A DNA stretch of 64,000 nt from an uncultured virus (IMG/VR IMGVR_UViG_3300042545_002012) (IMGVR_UViG_3300042545_002012); one strand, 5' to 3'; positions 9,908-19,258 are shown, numbered from the stretch's first letter. The notes: generated by a model not told the origin, from the letters alone. Program-made: numbers and translations.

Positions 9908-10553
9908 TTTTGACTGAGTATGCTTTTAAATCTTCTTTGAGAACAACAGGATAATTTATATATTTTGTTTTTTCAGTTATTTTTTGACCAACTAAATCAG
10001 CAAAATTATTTAAGTCTTCTAAGGAGTAAAAATTAACTTTAATAGATTTAAATGCATCAGCATCATTTTGCTCAAACTCTGGCATACCCTGCCAAACTTC
10101 ATTAGGATCGTTGGTTCCTTCTTCTTGCTGCTCTGTCGCAACCAACGCTGCTAATTCATCTTCAAAAAACATATCACTAATATCAACTTCATCAGCGATA
10201 GTAGCCAATATATCAGCGTCCCAATCTAGGTCAACTGATGCGATCCGATTAGCAGCGATCGCTAATTTCTTCGCCCTTGGATCATCGGCACTAGGGATAT
10301 CGATCCGCCTCACGATGATCGGGCGTGTGCCATCTGCATCAATGACGATCGGCTCTACATCTTCACCAAATCTTTCGTAAGCTGTCTCTAATCTTGCACT
10401 GCCATCAAATATCTCACCATCGGCGGCGCTTGTCATGGCTCCGATAAAGCCATTTTCACTCATGCTTTTGTCAAGCATTCCTAAGCCGCGTGGAGTATGC
10501 TTATTCGCATTTTGTCTTTGCGGCTTAAACGCTGATATTTTCTCTTTCGCCAT
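9897..10553 (-). CDS. ParB/Srx-like N-terminal domain protein with a C-terminal WQGMPEF motif
   Basis: NANKH, IFDGSAR and LAIAANR..LDWD motifs; overlaps the glycosyltransferase start. Confidence 0.7.
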   Translation of the reverse strand: MAKEKISAFKPQRQNANKHTPRGLGMLDKSMSENGFIGAMTSAADGEIFDGSARLETAYERFGEDVEPIVIDADGTRPIIVRRIDIPSADDPRAKKLAIAANRIASVDLDWDADILATIADEVDISDMFFEDELAALVATEQQEEGTNDPNEVWQGMPEFEQNDADAFKSIKVNFYSLEDLNNFADLVGQKITEKTKYINYPVVLKEDLKAYSVKNES

Positions 10554-10630
10554 AAATCAACATACGAATTTACTGCGATTGTAGCATTATCGCGCCCCTT
10601 GATGGCGATATCGTAGGGGCGCGGATGTTT

Positions 10631-11422
10631 TTAGCTTACTGGTAGCTCGGTTTGATATTCAGACGAATAAGCGATCGCTTTAGCCTGATTAGGGCGTAAG
10701 TGCTTTTCCTCCCATGTTGGCTCTAATGGTTTACCGACAGTTTGCTCATGCAATTGTCGCAAGCCGATCGCCGCGTCTAAAACCTTGCCAGAATTACCAG
10801 ACATCAAAGCCATTTGATTAGCTAAGCTGTTTAAATTCAAGTCATAGGCAGAAAGGCGATCCAAGGGAGTCTCCGATTTTTTAAGCCCTGCTTCTTCTCT
10901 GAGTTGGGTTGCATTTTTGCGATACAGACCACGATACCGATTGTTATGGACTTCGGCATAACTAGCGCAGTCAAGTTTAGCTAGCTCCATAGTTTCCTTG
11001 TTAGTGCCAGAAACCAAGACACGCTTTTTAGCCCTCTCAACCCGATCGCGGTTATGAGAATTAATCAGGATGTCAGCAGCAAAATCTTCAGGCGATTCAA
11101 TAAAACTGCCAATAATGCCAAGCATCCAAGATTTAAACTCAACCGATAAATAGCCAGCATACTCAAGAGCGATCTTGTAGTGAGCTAAAGTTTCGCCGCC
11201 CTTACCACGCTTGGATTCCATAAAGGAAGATTTAAAGCCTTTATCTTCTTTTGAGATTTGCTTCACAAGCCTTTTAGCTTCAGGTAAAATCTTCCACTTG
11301 TTTGGGGTTTGACTTTGTGGACTGCCAGCCATTCTCCAAAGTTGAGTCAAACTGACTAACTCAGTTTTGGAAAATTCAACCTGAACACCGTTGCGATCTA
11401 ATGTAATAATATCTTTAGCCAT
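10631..11422 (-). CDS. KilA-N domain DNA-binding (antirepressor-like) protein
   Basis: VSLTQLWRMAG.P....PNKW...KRGKGGETLAH..IALEYAGYLS.EF. Confidence 0.85.
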   Translation of the reverse strand: MAKDIITLDRNGVQVEFSKTELVSLTQLWRMAGSPQSQTPNKWKILPEAKRLVKQISKEDKGFKSSFMESKRGKGGETLAHYKIALEYAGYLSVEFKSWMLGIIGSFIESPEDFAADILINSHNRDRVERAKKRVLVSGTNKETMELAKLDCASYAEVHNNRYRGLYRKNATQLREEAGLKKSETPLDRLSAYDLNLNSLANQMALMSGNSGKVLDAAIGLRQLHEQTVGKPLEPTWEEKHLRPNQAKAIAYSSEYQTELPVS

Positions 11423-11552
11423 GTTATCTACCGTACCTAGTTAATGTGGATAAGCGATCGCACCGTCAAAAACTGCGATTCGCTTCTAATATTTTACCAC
11501 TTTTTCGCCTCAATCTGTTAATACATATAGCTTTCAGTGCATTACCAGAATC

Positions 11553-11596
11553 AAAAAAAAGGAGTTATTACAATCCGTAATAACTCCTTTTTTTTG
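11553..11596. terminator. Bidirectional intrinsic terminator
   Basis: aaaaaaaaggagttattac-aatcc-gtaataactcctttttttt. Confidence 0.75.
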
Positions 11597-11597
11597 A

Positions 11598-11888
11598 TCA
11601 CCATTTCGTGACCGAAGACCACCAAGCCGCACTCATCTTACCTTTGGCTATATTCTTAGCATGACGCGCTTTAAATGCTTTGCGCTTTGCTTTCATTGCT
11701 TCAGATTCACCTTCTTTGGGTTTCCCCGCAGTCTCGGCACCTTGTTCGCCAAAACGGATCGTCTTGATCTCTGAACCAACCTTTGCCACGACTACATGAG
11801 ACTTAGTCGGATGCTTAGGAGTGCGTTTAGGCTTGTTGTAACCATCAACACCAGCTTTCTCAAGGCGCGGATCTTTTTTAGCTGCCAT
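11598..11888 (-). CDS. Conserved basic phage protein
   Basis: Lys-rich; NKPKRTP.HP.KSHVV.AK....K.IRFG.QG...FKARH...SAAWWS...KW is a widespread phage ORF pattern. Confidence 0.7.
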   Translation of the reverse strand: MAAKKDPRLEKAGVDGYNKPKRTPKHPTKSHVVVAKVGSEIKTIRFGEQGAETAGKPKEGESEAMKAKRKAFKARHAKNIAKGKMSAAWWSSVTKW

Positions 11889-11925
11889 AATTTTGTAAGT
11901 ATGATTTTGCTAATAGTTTAGCAAA

Positions 11926-12153
11926 TTACTTCACCCACTCCCATTTCATACCAGCGCTTTTACCACCCCTAGCGATCGCTTGGGATATACAGCTATGTTT
12001 AACAAAATTAGCTCTAGCAGCTTCTTTTACGCCCGAATATTCTCTAATTCCATCAGGAGCATAACAACGCACAGCACGGCGAAAACCTCTAGTTGATGGC
12101 TCTGAGTTTTTGACTTGCTGTACTAAGTTTTCATCTTCTAGCAGCCAGAACAA
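11926..12153 (-). CDS. NUMOD1-like DNA-binding fragment (possible homing endonuclease remnant)
   Basis: YSGVKEAAR....SCISQAI....KSAGMKWEW; TTG start only. Confidence 0.5.
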   Translation of the reverse strand: MFWLLEDENLVQQVKNSEPSTRGFRRAVRCYAPDGIREYSGVKEAARANFVKHSCISQAIARGGKSAGMKWEWVK

Positions 12154-12197
12154 GTTATCGCGATCGCAGTTAGCAAAATGCGAGGGATTATTCAGGA

Positions 12198-12908
12198 CTA
12201 AAGCGATCGCGTCTTTACGTTTAACTGCGTTCTGATTTCTGGCAATTTTGCAACATAGCTAACCAAATCTAGCAAGCGATTACCACGCTTAGCAGCGATC
12301 ACAGCCTCACATGCTGCGTACTCACTGATGCTCTTAGCTAATTTGTCGCTTCGATAATTACCAGAATTAATTTCAGTTTTGCTAAATCCCATAGCCATAA
12401 GCTCTTCATATCGTGTGAGCAAATGAGTAAAGGCAGATCGGTAAATGTGCAACGTATCAAGCTCAAATTGCACTGGGAAATAATCGCGATTAGTTGCCTC
12501 TAACGCCCAAGGCAAAATATGTTTTTGCCCTGATTCCGCAATGCAAATAGTAAAGGGCGGCTTTGGCGGATCAAGCAACCAAGTCCTGATTTGAGCGCGT
12601 GTGGGGAGGCGATCAACTATTTCTAGCGTGTTCCCCCCCTCAGTATGTTGATTACCAAATTTAGGATAAGAACCATACGCATCATCAGCAGAAAGGAGCC
12701 ATGACCAGCCCCTAGCAAATAATGTGCTGTATTTTCCCTTCGCTTCATTCCAATAAAAAGCCCTTAACGGAATCACCCATGCACAGCGATCGCATAGATG
12801 CTTTGACTCAGGACATCTAGCGCTACTATGTGCAGTGAATGAATCTTTGAGAACTAACGGTTTATCAGCGTTAGGGGCGGCGCAAAGGTAGCAGTAATTA
12901 TTATTCAT
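12198..12908 (-). CDS. csf1: Type IV(-B) CRISPR-associated large subunit Csf1 (Cas8-like)
   Basis: Zn finger CYLC...KDSFT...LCDRC, LLDPPKPPF.I.IAESGQKH, GFSKTEI.SG.Y and RG..LLDL; ATG at 12908, alternative TTG at 12950. Confidence 0.78.
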   Translation of the reverse strand: MNNNYCYLCAAPNADKPLVLKDSFTAHSSARCPESKHLCDRCAWVIPLRAFYWNEAKGKYSTLFARGWSWLLSADDAYGSYPKFGNQHTEGGNTLEIVDRLPTRAQIRTWLLDPPKPPFTICIAESGQKHILPWALEATNRDYFPVQFELDTLHIYRSAFTHLLTRYEELMAMGFSKTEINSGNYRSDKLAKSISEYAACEAVIAAKRGNRLLDLVSYVAKLPEIRTQLNVKTRSL

Positions 12909-12975
12909 GGCAAAAGCCACCCTATAGGATGGCTGATTAAGTTTATTCAATGTCCGTGGTTACCGCCTCTAGGCA

Positions 12976-13461
12976 TTACGCAACCTCTTGTAAATTATCG
13001 TTAGCAAAACGAGATTCCCATTCATCGCCATCAACTTCTTTGGGTTGAGCAATTTCTTTTTCAACCTTAGTGATTGAGTAAGACAGGTCAGAAAACAAAG
13101 CGCGAATAGTACCTGATTGACGGCTTAAGTAACATTCAACAGATTGAGTTAAACCAGAGAAAACCAAAAAGCCGCAATCAGTCTTTTTCTTGTCCGTCTT
13201 TTTAACATATAAACGGGTTTCGCCACGCTTGCCTGTCCAAAGCTTGCAGTCAAAATCACCAGAAGCATCAATTAAGTCAAGCGCTTCACAAGCAAAATCA
13301 TAATGAGAAATTTCCATTTTAATTACCTTCTTAGATACAAAACGAGCGCCCTTACCTTGAACTACAACAAAAAGGACATTCTTCCATTCCTCAGATCTCT
13401 TGATTTGGTTGGGAGAGACGTTTAAAGCGGTTGCGATTTGTGCGATTTGGTTGGCGTTCAT
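12976..13461 (-). CDS. Hypothetical protein in a stand-alone promoter/terminator cassette
   Basis: Own TTGACA at 13509-13514 (minus); hairpin with T-tract at 12912-12935 downstream. Confidence 0.6.
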   Translation of the reverse strand: MNANQIAQIATALNVSPNQIKRSEEWKNVLFVVVQGKGARFVSKKVIKMEISHYDFACEALDLIDASGDFDCKLWTGKRGETRLYVKKTDKKKTDCGFLVFSGLTQSVECYLSRQSGTIRALFSDLSYSITKVEKEIAQPKEVDGDEWESRFANDNLQEVA

Positions 13462-13628
13462 GGCTTTGTTTAACTCGATAACCTATTGTTGATCGAGTCC
13501 ATAGGTTTTGTCAATAGTAAAACCAAAAATATTTAAACTCTTAATATTTGTTTACAAAGTAGGGTATCGGCGCACAAAATTAGGGTCTTCAAAGTGGTAA
13601 AATCTCATACAAGCAAAGGAGTTAAACA

Positions 13629-14030
13629 ATGAGAAAACAACCATTAACAGGCGCTTGCAGATGTAAAACCATGCGGATGGTTAAAGGGCGCAAAGATTAT
13701 GAATGCTGTGAATGTAACGCGATACTTAGCAAAGGTACAGTGCATCAGTTATCTAAAGGGATTTGGGGTAACTCAAATCTAGAGTTTCGCACCTGTGAAG
13801 ATTGCTTAAACCGATGGGAGCAATTAATAGCTGATTACCCAGATTTTAATTTAACCCCATTCAATCATGGCGATCTCAATGAGGCGATCGCATACAACGA
13901 ATTGCAGCAAGCTTTTAAAGTTGGTGATTTAGATTTGGTTGATGCTGCTATCAAAAATTTTGAGCCGTATGCTTACGGAGAATTTAAACAATCATTGCAA
14001 CAGATAAAAGCTGAGCTGGTAGCTGCTTAA
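13629..14030 (+). CDS. Zn-finger hypothetical protein
   Basis: RKDYECCEC...TCEDC; AAGGAG RBS. Confidence 0.6.
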   Translation: MRKQPLTGACRCKTMRMVKGRKDYECCECNAILSKGTVHQLSKGIWGNSNLEFRTCEDCLNRWEQLIADYPDFNLTPFNHGDLNEAIAYNELQQAFKVGDLDLVDAAIKNFEPYAYGEFKQSLQQIKAELVAA

Positions 14031-14031
14031 T

Positions 14032-14063
14032 AAAAAAGCCCGATCATTTGATCGGGCTTTTTT
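14032..14063. terminator. Intrinsic terminator
   Basis: aaaaaagcccgatca-tt-tgatcgggctttttt. Confidence 0.75.
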
Positions 14064-14160
14064 ATGATAATATAGCTTCACTGCTGGTTATTTAATGTTC
14101 TCAGGCATTAAATAACGTACTTGCAAAAGCGCAGGATATCCAACTGCTGACGACAGTCGA

Positions 14161-15162
14161 ATGACACAATCTTATCATAACTACACGACAATATACACAG
14201 CATTTAGCCAAAGTGATAAATTACCTCACTTGGTTAAGTTGCTGTATTTATTTGTGCGCTCCTATGATAGGCAGTCATTCGTAAAGCGTGGCAAGAAGGG
14301 TACACAGGGCAAAGGATCGGGCATTGTAGTTTTAGACATCCCGACGATCGCAGCTACCTTAAATCGCAAAGAATCCACAATTAAAAAGAATTTACGCTTA
14401 GCTTTAAAGTTAGGTGTTTTCTGGATGCTTGAGATTAAAGGTAAATGTGTGAGGCTTGTTTATTCTGCTTTAACTAAGCTTTGCTCACAGATTGGCATAT
14501 CTAATTTAGGCGCTATACACGAAGAGAAAGCTACTGAGCTTGATAATATTCGGACGCATAACATTAGAGCCACTGTCGCTCAAAAGCAACGCAATGCACA
14601 GCAAGGAGCGTTACGCAAAACCAAGGAGGAGAATGAATTAAACCAAGGAAAGAAACTTACCAAGCGGGTAGTTAAACCATCCAAGATTTTTAAAAACGTG
14701 TCAATTCTAAGCGATCGCGATCTCCCAAAAGAAAAGGTGGAGAAAGCATCAGGCATCAAGGCTTTTAGAAAGGTACTTGGAACTAGGTTTCTACTGGTAA
14801 ACCGTCAATTTGTCCCCTATGGCGTTTCTCAAGAGACTATAGGTAAATTAGTTAATCGGACACCTCAAACGGTACGTAAGCACCTTAATGCTATTAATGA
14901 CTTACCGCCTATTGAGTGTGTACAAATTTGCTACCCAAGCAACGATGCTATAAGAGCACCTGAATTTTGGCTAGATCATAATTTAGGTGAGAAGCACTAC
15001 TTGCGTTTTAAAGGCGATCGCGAATTGTACCAGCTCCACACTAATATCTATAACCTTGAGGTTGATGCCACTCATCTACTTGGGTGCGTTGGTTTGAGAA
15101 GACGTATTAGCAAGGCTACCCGAAAATCTCAGCACAGCCCCTCTGTGGGTATGCAAGCTTAA
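14161..15162 (+). CDS. Basic protein with two HTH-like segments; candidate replication initiator
   Basis: IAATLNRKESTIKKNL and GVSQETIGKLVNRTPQTVRKHL; function inferred. Confidence 0.45.
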   Translation: MTQSYHNYTTIYTAFSQSDKLPHLVKLLYLFVRSYDRQSFVKRGKKGTQGKGSGIVVLDIPTIAATLNRKESTIKKNLRLALKLGVFWMLEIKGKCVRLVYSALTKLCSQIGISNLGAIHEEKATELDNIRTHNIRATVAQKQRNAQQGALRKTKEENELNQGKKLTKRVVKPSKIFKNVSILSDRDLPKEKVEKASGIKAFRKVLGTRFLLVNRQFVPYGVSQETIGKLVNRTPQTVRKHLNAINDLPPIECVQICYPSNDAIRAPEFWLDHNLGEKHYLRFKGDRELYQLHTNIYNLEVDATHLLGCVGLRRRISKATRKSQHSPSVGMQA

Positions 15163-15265
15163 GTAGAGATTACTTTTTATCCCTCTAAATTAGATCGCTG
15201 TCATAGGCGATCGCTTTGCTGTGTTTGCCAATTAAATAAAGTTGCAGAAAAATATTTTTTAGTGG

Positions 15266-15294
15266 TTGACATAATTATTGTTTGGTGGTAGTTT
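15266..15294 (+). promoter_or_regulatory. Sigma70-type promoter
   Basis: TTGACA-17 nt-TAGTTT with TG extension, upstream of 15328. Confidence 0.55.
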
Positions 15295-15327
15295 TAATTT
15301 ATAGCAAATAAGACAAAGGAAAAAGCG

Positions 15328-15510
15328 ATGCAAGTTTTAGATTTAGGCAATAACGAATCATTAACTACTGGAATTTTTGAAGATAGTGACGGAACATTTG
15401 AAGCATTGACACTTACTCAATCCAAGTCATTCAAAACCCGCAAAGGTGCTGAAAAATGGCTAGCTGCTAGAGGTTACGACGCAAACGGAAAAAAACAAAT
15501 CAATGGCTAG
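15328..15510 (+). CDS. Small protein (DUF1391-like)
   Basis: DLGNNESL..G.F...DGTF.ALT...SK.FKTRKGA.KWL. Confidence 0.55.
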   Translation: MQVLDLGNNESLTTGIFEDSDGTFEALTLTQSKSFKTRKGAEKWLAARGYDANGKKQING

Positions 15511-15679
15511 ACCTAAAGGCACAACCAAGCCTGATTCACTTGTATTTATCAAAGTGGTTTTGGGCGTAACAAAAGAAACAGAGGAGTGGTATAAATCACT
15601 CCCTGAAGGAACAAAAGCCAAAATTCTAAGAGAAGCAATCTCTTTATATCGTAATCAAAACAAAACTAAAGAACTATGA
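15503..15679 (+). CDS. Small RHH-like DNA-binding protein (58 aa, not in the ORF track)
   Basis: MARPKGTTKPDSLVFIKVVLGVTKETEEWYKSLPEGTKAKILREAISLY...; overlaps the upstream stop. Confidence 0.55.
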   Translation: MARPKGTTKPDSLVFIKVVLGVTKETEEWYKSLPEGTKAKILREAISLYRNQNKTKEL

Positions 15680-15842
15680 CGCAAGGAATCTACGCAATTA
15701 CAAACAAAGTAAAAAAAATGGTTAGACTGCAATTTCAACTTATTGTTTTAAGGCTTCAGTTTTTCCTTGTTTACTCTGGCTTGATTGATCGCCGATCTAT
15801 TGCAAATAAAATTTTATGGGAGCTTCAAAAGCTTTTTGATTG

Positions 15843-15935
15843 ATGGCTAGACATAAGGGAACAACCAAGCCTGATTCACCACTTGTATTTATTAAAGTGG
15901 TTTTGGGTGTAAACAAAAAAACAGGAGATAGATGA
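15843..15935 (+). pseudogene. Truncated duplicate of 15503..15679
   Basis: MARHKGTTKPDSPLVFIKVVLGVNKKTGDR*; near-identical DNA to the first ~80 nt of the intact copy. Confidence 0.6.
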
Positions 15936-17743
15936 TGAGTAACATTTTTGATGTTTTTGACTTTGGTAAAATCCGATGGATGCAAAACATTTGGGTTTTT
16001 AAAGATGGCAATAAAAAGCCCGTCCTTACCCTTGGATCTGGTGAGCCTATCATCAGTAAAGACGGATTGAAAGTATTGATTAAGGGCGCTTCTACCGTAT
16101 GTCGCATCAAAGATTTTTCTGGCATATATCCCGAAAGCTCAAAACCCAATACTTTTAATATCCCCAAAAAAGTATGCCAAGCTTGCGAACATTTTGATAA
16201 TGGATATTGCAAGCCCAAAATCGAATTAAACCGCACTGAGTTTAATGAAAATCTGGCTAAAGTTTCAGAGAAGTTCGCAAAAAATATGAAAGAGACTTTT
16301 AGATAGAATCATGAACGACACTAACGACTATTACCTATATCAAGGCAAAATCTACCACTGCTCTGAAGTGACAGCAGAAGCTGAACTCTATGGCGCTGAT
16401 AGCTCCTATGGCTATGGTAAAACACTCTTATTCCTAGATGAGATTGGCGAATATGTTGATGCCAATGATTGCGTACAAGTTGCGCCTAATTTCTGGCAAC
16501 ATTTTGAGTTTTGGGTTTGCTCGGTAGTTGCAAGTTTAAATGCAAAAATCCAAGATTTGCGCCGCCCAAAATATGATGACGTGCCATTTGATGACTATGT
16601 ACCTTTTGATGATTGCGAGTTTTAAGTTATGAAAGAACTAACAGGGATTGCACTTTTTACACAAGATATTAATTGGATTGCTGCTCAGTTTCGCCCTCCA
16701 TTGATTGAAGTGCAATGCACTACAAGATATTTAGGGGATAGGGTATGGGAGGTTTCTGAAGTGACTTACCGTTATTCAAAATATGAAATCAATATTGATA
16801 ATAGCGGAGTTACGAATATTAATATTCGTATTAGTAAAATCAGAGAGCTTTGTATTAACAAAGTCATTTTCTTGAAAACTCCAAAGATTTCTATAGATGA
16901 AGCCGTCAAAATCGCTAAGCGCCTTATCAAGGCAAACAGCTTTTTATTAAGGTAATTGCAACCATGAAAAAATCATCACGCGATTACCGCGTATTCCGTA
17001 GAGCCATACCAACTTTGTTGACACATCCTGAGAAGTATAAGGAATTACAGGCTGCTATCCAAAGGATAAACGACACAATGATTGATTTAAGTCAAGCTCA
17101 AAAAGCTTTTGCAGACTTTAAATCAACTTGCGACAATCCCTCAAAAGTGAAAATCAATATCAGTATTTAATAATGAACCCAACATACGAGATCGAGAAGG
17201 AAGAAGCGCAGCCCATGATACAAGCAATCAGAAATAAGCTGATTGAATCGGGTTACAAGTGCCGTAAATTTACTAAGAGTAATGACGGATTTATTGCTAG
17301 AAATGGCGAAAACTTAGCGCGTGTTTGGTTTGATATTCGGTGTTCTGGTAAAGCTTGGATTACTTGGCGCTTTTGGTGCGATCCAAGCGATCCACTACAT
17401 CAGCTAGGGATTGATTATTTGATTGAGTCAGCGATTGTTAATTTTGGATGTAAATAGGAGAATTAATTGCATTATGAGAAAAGATGTCAAGACCGAACTA
17501 GAAGAATTAATTGATGCTCAAAAATTTTCTTTCCCTGTAAAAATATCTGTAAACGACAGAATCTCTAATGCTACCCTCATTTCTCTATGCTGGAAATTTG
17601 ACGATAGGATATATGGTTTAGATCGTAGGTTACACAGTATTGAGAATAGCTTCGATCCTCAAGCAGTGCAAACAGGAATGCTAAAAATAATTGTTGAAGA
17701 CATTACAGATTATATAAATTCACCGTATATAAATAAGCCATGA
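15932..17743 (+). other. Run of small co-oriented hypothetical genes (15932-16306, 16311-16625, 16629-16955, 16964-17170, ~17173-17457, ~17474-17743)
   Basis: Tightly packed ORFs without a recognisable family. Confidence 0.55.
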
Positions 17744-18351
17744 TGCTAATCCAATACATCATAGACGAACCGCCCAAAAACACAAGTAACGGGCGTGGCA
17801 ACTGGATACTACACCTCAAAGAAAAGCAATCACTGAAGCAAGGCGGCGCGATTGAGTCTGCTTTTGATTGGGATACCAAATCACAGTTACGCATTCACTT
17901 TCATCGCTTCGCCGCCCGAAATATGCCGATGGATGATGACGGTTTAGCGATCGCTTTTAAACCCGTGAGAGATGGCTTGATTGATAGTCTGTCTCAGTAC
18001 TTTGGGCAAAAGTTTGACGATGGTAATCAGGATTTATTCCACTTTGTTTACTCTCAATGTAAAGCGCCCGATCCTGTTTTTGCGGATACCATTGTGATTA
18101 CTATTGGCTGTATGCCAAGTCCATCACCATACAGTAGCGTGGTGATTAAATGGGGACATAATCCCATGTTGCATGACAAAGCCTCTCTCATCGCAACATT
18201 AGGCGAATTACGAGCATCTAGGATTAATGAGATAGTTGATGAGCTTAAGTGGTCAAAGATTGGAACTAAGAAAGTGGATAAACTTAAGAAAGAGTTAGTC
18301 AAAACTCAGAAAGCGATCGCGCATTGTGTAGCTGAAACTGTGTTTAATTAA
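17740..18351 (+). CDS. RusA-like Holliday junction resolvase
   Basis: PPKN.SN...W..., MDDDGL..AFKPVRDGL...DD pattern. Confidence 0.55.
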   Translation: MMLIQYIIDEPPKNTSNGRGNWILHLKEKQSLKQGGAIESAFDWDTKSQLRIHFHRFAARNMPMDDDGLAIAFKPVRDGLIDSLSQYFGQKFDDGNQDLFHFVYSQCKAPDPVFADTIVITIGCMPSPSPYSSVVIKWGHNPMLHDKASLIATLGELRASRINEIVDELKWSKIGTKKVDKLKKELVKTQKAIAHCVAETVFN

Positions 18352-18353
18352 AA

Positions 18354-18471
18354 TCCAAGAGATAGGATTTGAACCTATAACCTTCGCTTACAAGCCATTT
18401 AGTCAGTATAAGAGCTACTTATATGACATCAGAACCTTCACGATGCTCTATCCACTTAGAGCTACTCTCGG
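18354..18471 (-). ncRNA. tRNA-like RNA (Thr-UGU-like) with an ~45-nt insert in the anticodon arm
   Basis: Acceptor CCGAGAG/CTCTTGG+A, D arm GCTC-TAAGTGGATA-GAGC, T arm ATAGG-TTCAAAT-CCTAT; CTTGTAA loop remnant. Confidence 0.75.
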
Positions 18472-18476
18472 TTAAA

Positions 18477-18594
18477 GCGATCGCGTTTAGGACAAGGAGG
18501 ACGAGACTTTTAGGCGGCACGATTACAAGGCGACTATCCACACCCTAAACCTTTGGGCTTGCACCAACACTTGATCTGCTCTATGCGCGATCGC
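18477..18594 (-). ncRNA. Candidate structured ncRNA directly upstream of the tRNA-like element
   Basis: Closing stem GCGATCGCG/CGCGATCGC, T-loop-like TTGG-TGCAAGC-CCAA, GTTTAGG/CCTAAAC stem; TAATAT -10 element just upstream. Confidence 0.45.
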
Positions 18595-18632
18595 GTTTAC
18601 AATATTAGCACAAAGCTTTATCGGTTGCCATC

Positions 18633-19145
18633 GTGAAAACACCGCTTGAAATCAGAACAGCCATACTCGCTGCTATTCCCGATCTAATTGGCATCAGGTA
18701 TTTTGGCAACATTGTGCAACCCTCTATCTTGATGCTACCCGATCCCGCTCTTGAAGAGTCGGGAATGTCCTTTCCCGCGATCATTAATGGCAGTCCAGTC
18801 ATGTATCAGGGCATTGAGATTATAATTTATCGCAATCGCACCTTAGATTCGTTTGCTCCTATGCTTAATTCGGAAGTAGATTTTAGGGCTAAATCTTGGG
18901 TATTGCTTAAAGATCATGCGAGTCTAGACAACTTTAGCCTCGCTCAAATTAATGCGCTTAGATCGGTCGCAGGATTAAGCGCTATTACTCAAGAGGGGCT
19001 AGATGAGGGACTTAGTTATGCTGCTGCAAAAGTTTGCAAGTTACTGAATCTATACAAGCAGCTACCTTCCCCCACTCCCAAGAACGACCAATCTTCTCTA
19101 TTAGATTCACTTATCTTTGAGTTTGATTACGCAGGATATTTGTAA
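18633..19145 (+). CDS. Putative tail terminator/completion-like protein
   Basis: P.EIR.AI...I N-terminus and beta-rich C-terminus; isolated from other tail genes; weak call. Confidence 0.35.
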   Translation: MKTPLEIRTAILAAIPDLIGIRYFGNIVQPSILMLPDPALEESGMSFPAIINGSPVMYQGIEIIIYRNRTLDSFAPMLNSEVDFRAKSWVLLKDHASLDNFSLAQINALRSVAGLSAITQEGLDEGLSYAAAKVCKLLNLYKQLPSPTPKNDQSSLLDSLIFEFDYAGYL

Positions 19146-19161
19146 CGGAATATTACGATCT

Positions 19162-19235
19162 AAAAAATAGTTTGCTTACCCTATTGACACCTTTTACTTA
19201 GTGGTGATACTATTTTATTCATACAGACAAAACAA
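19162..19235 (+). promoter_or_regulatory. Repeated promoter/leader module, copy 1
   Basis: tttgcttacccta-TTGACA(19184)-18 nt-TACTAT-tttattcatacagacaaaacaaa. Confidence 0.8.
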
Positions 19236-19258
19236 AAACAATAACACAGGAAAACGCA

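Noticed and set aside
18354..18471. Ordinary functional tRNA-Thr, or a tRNA with a group I intron
   Set aside because: The anticodon arm is interrupted and has only a 4-bp stem; the insert is much shorter than a self-splicing intron
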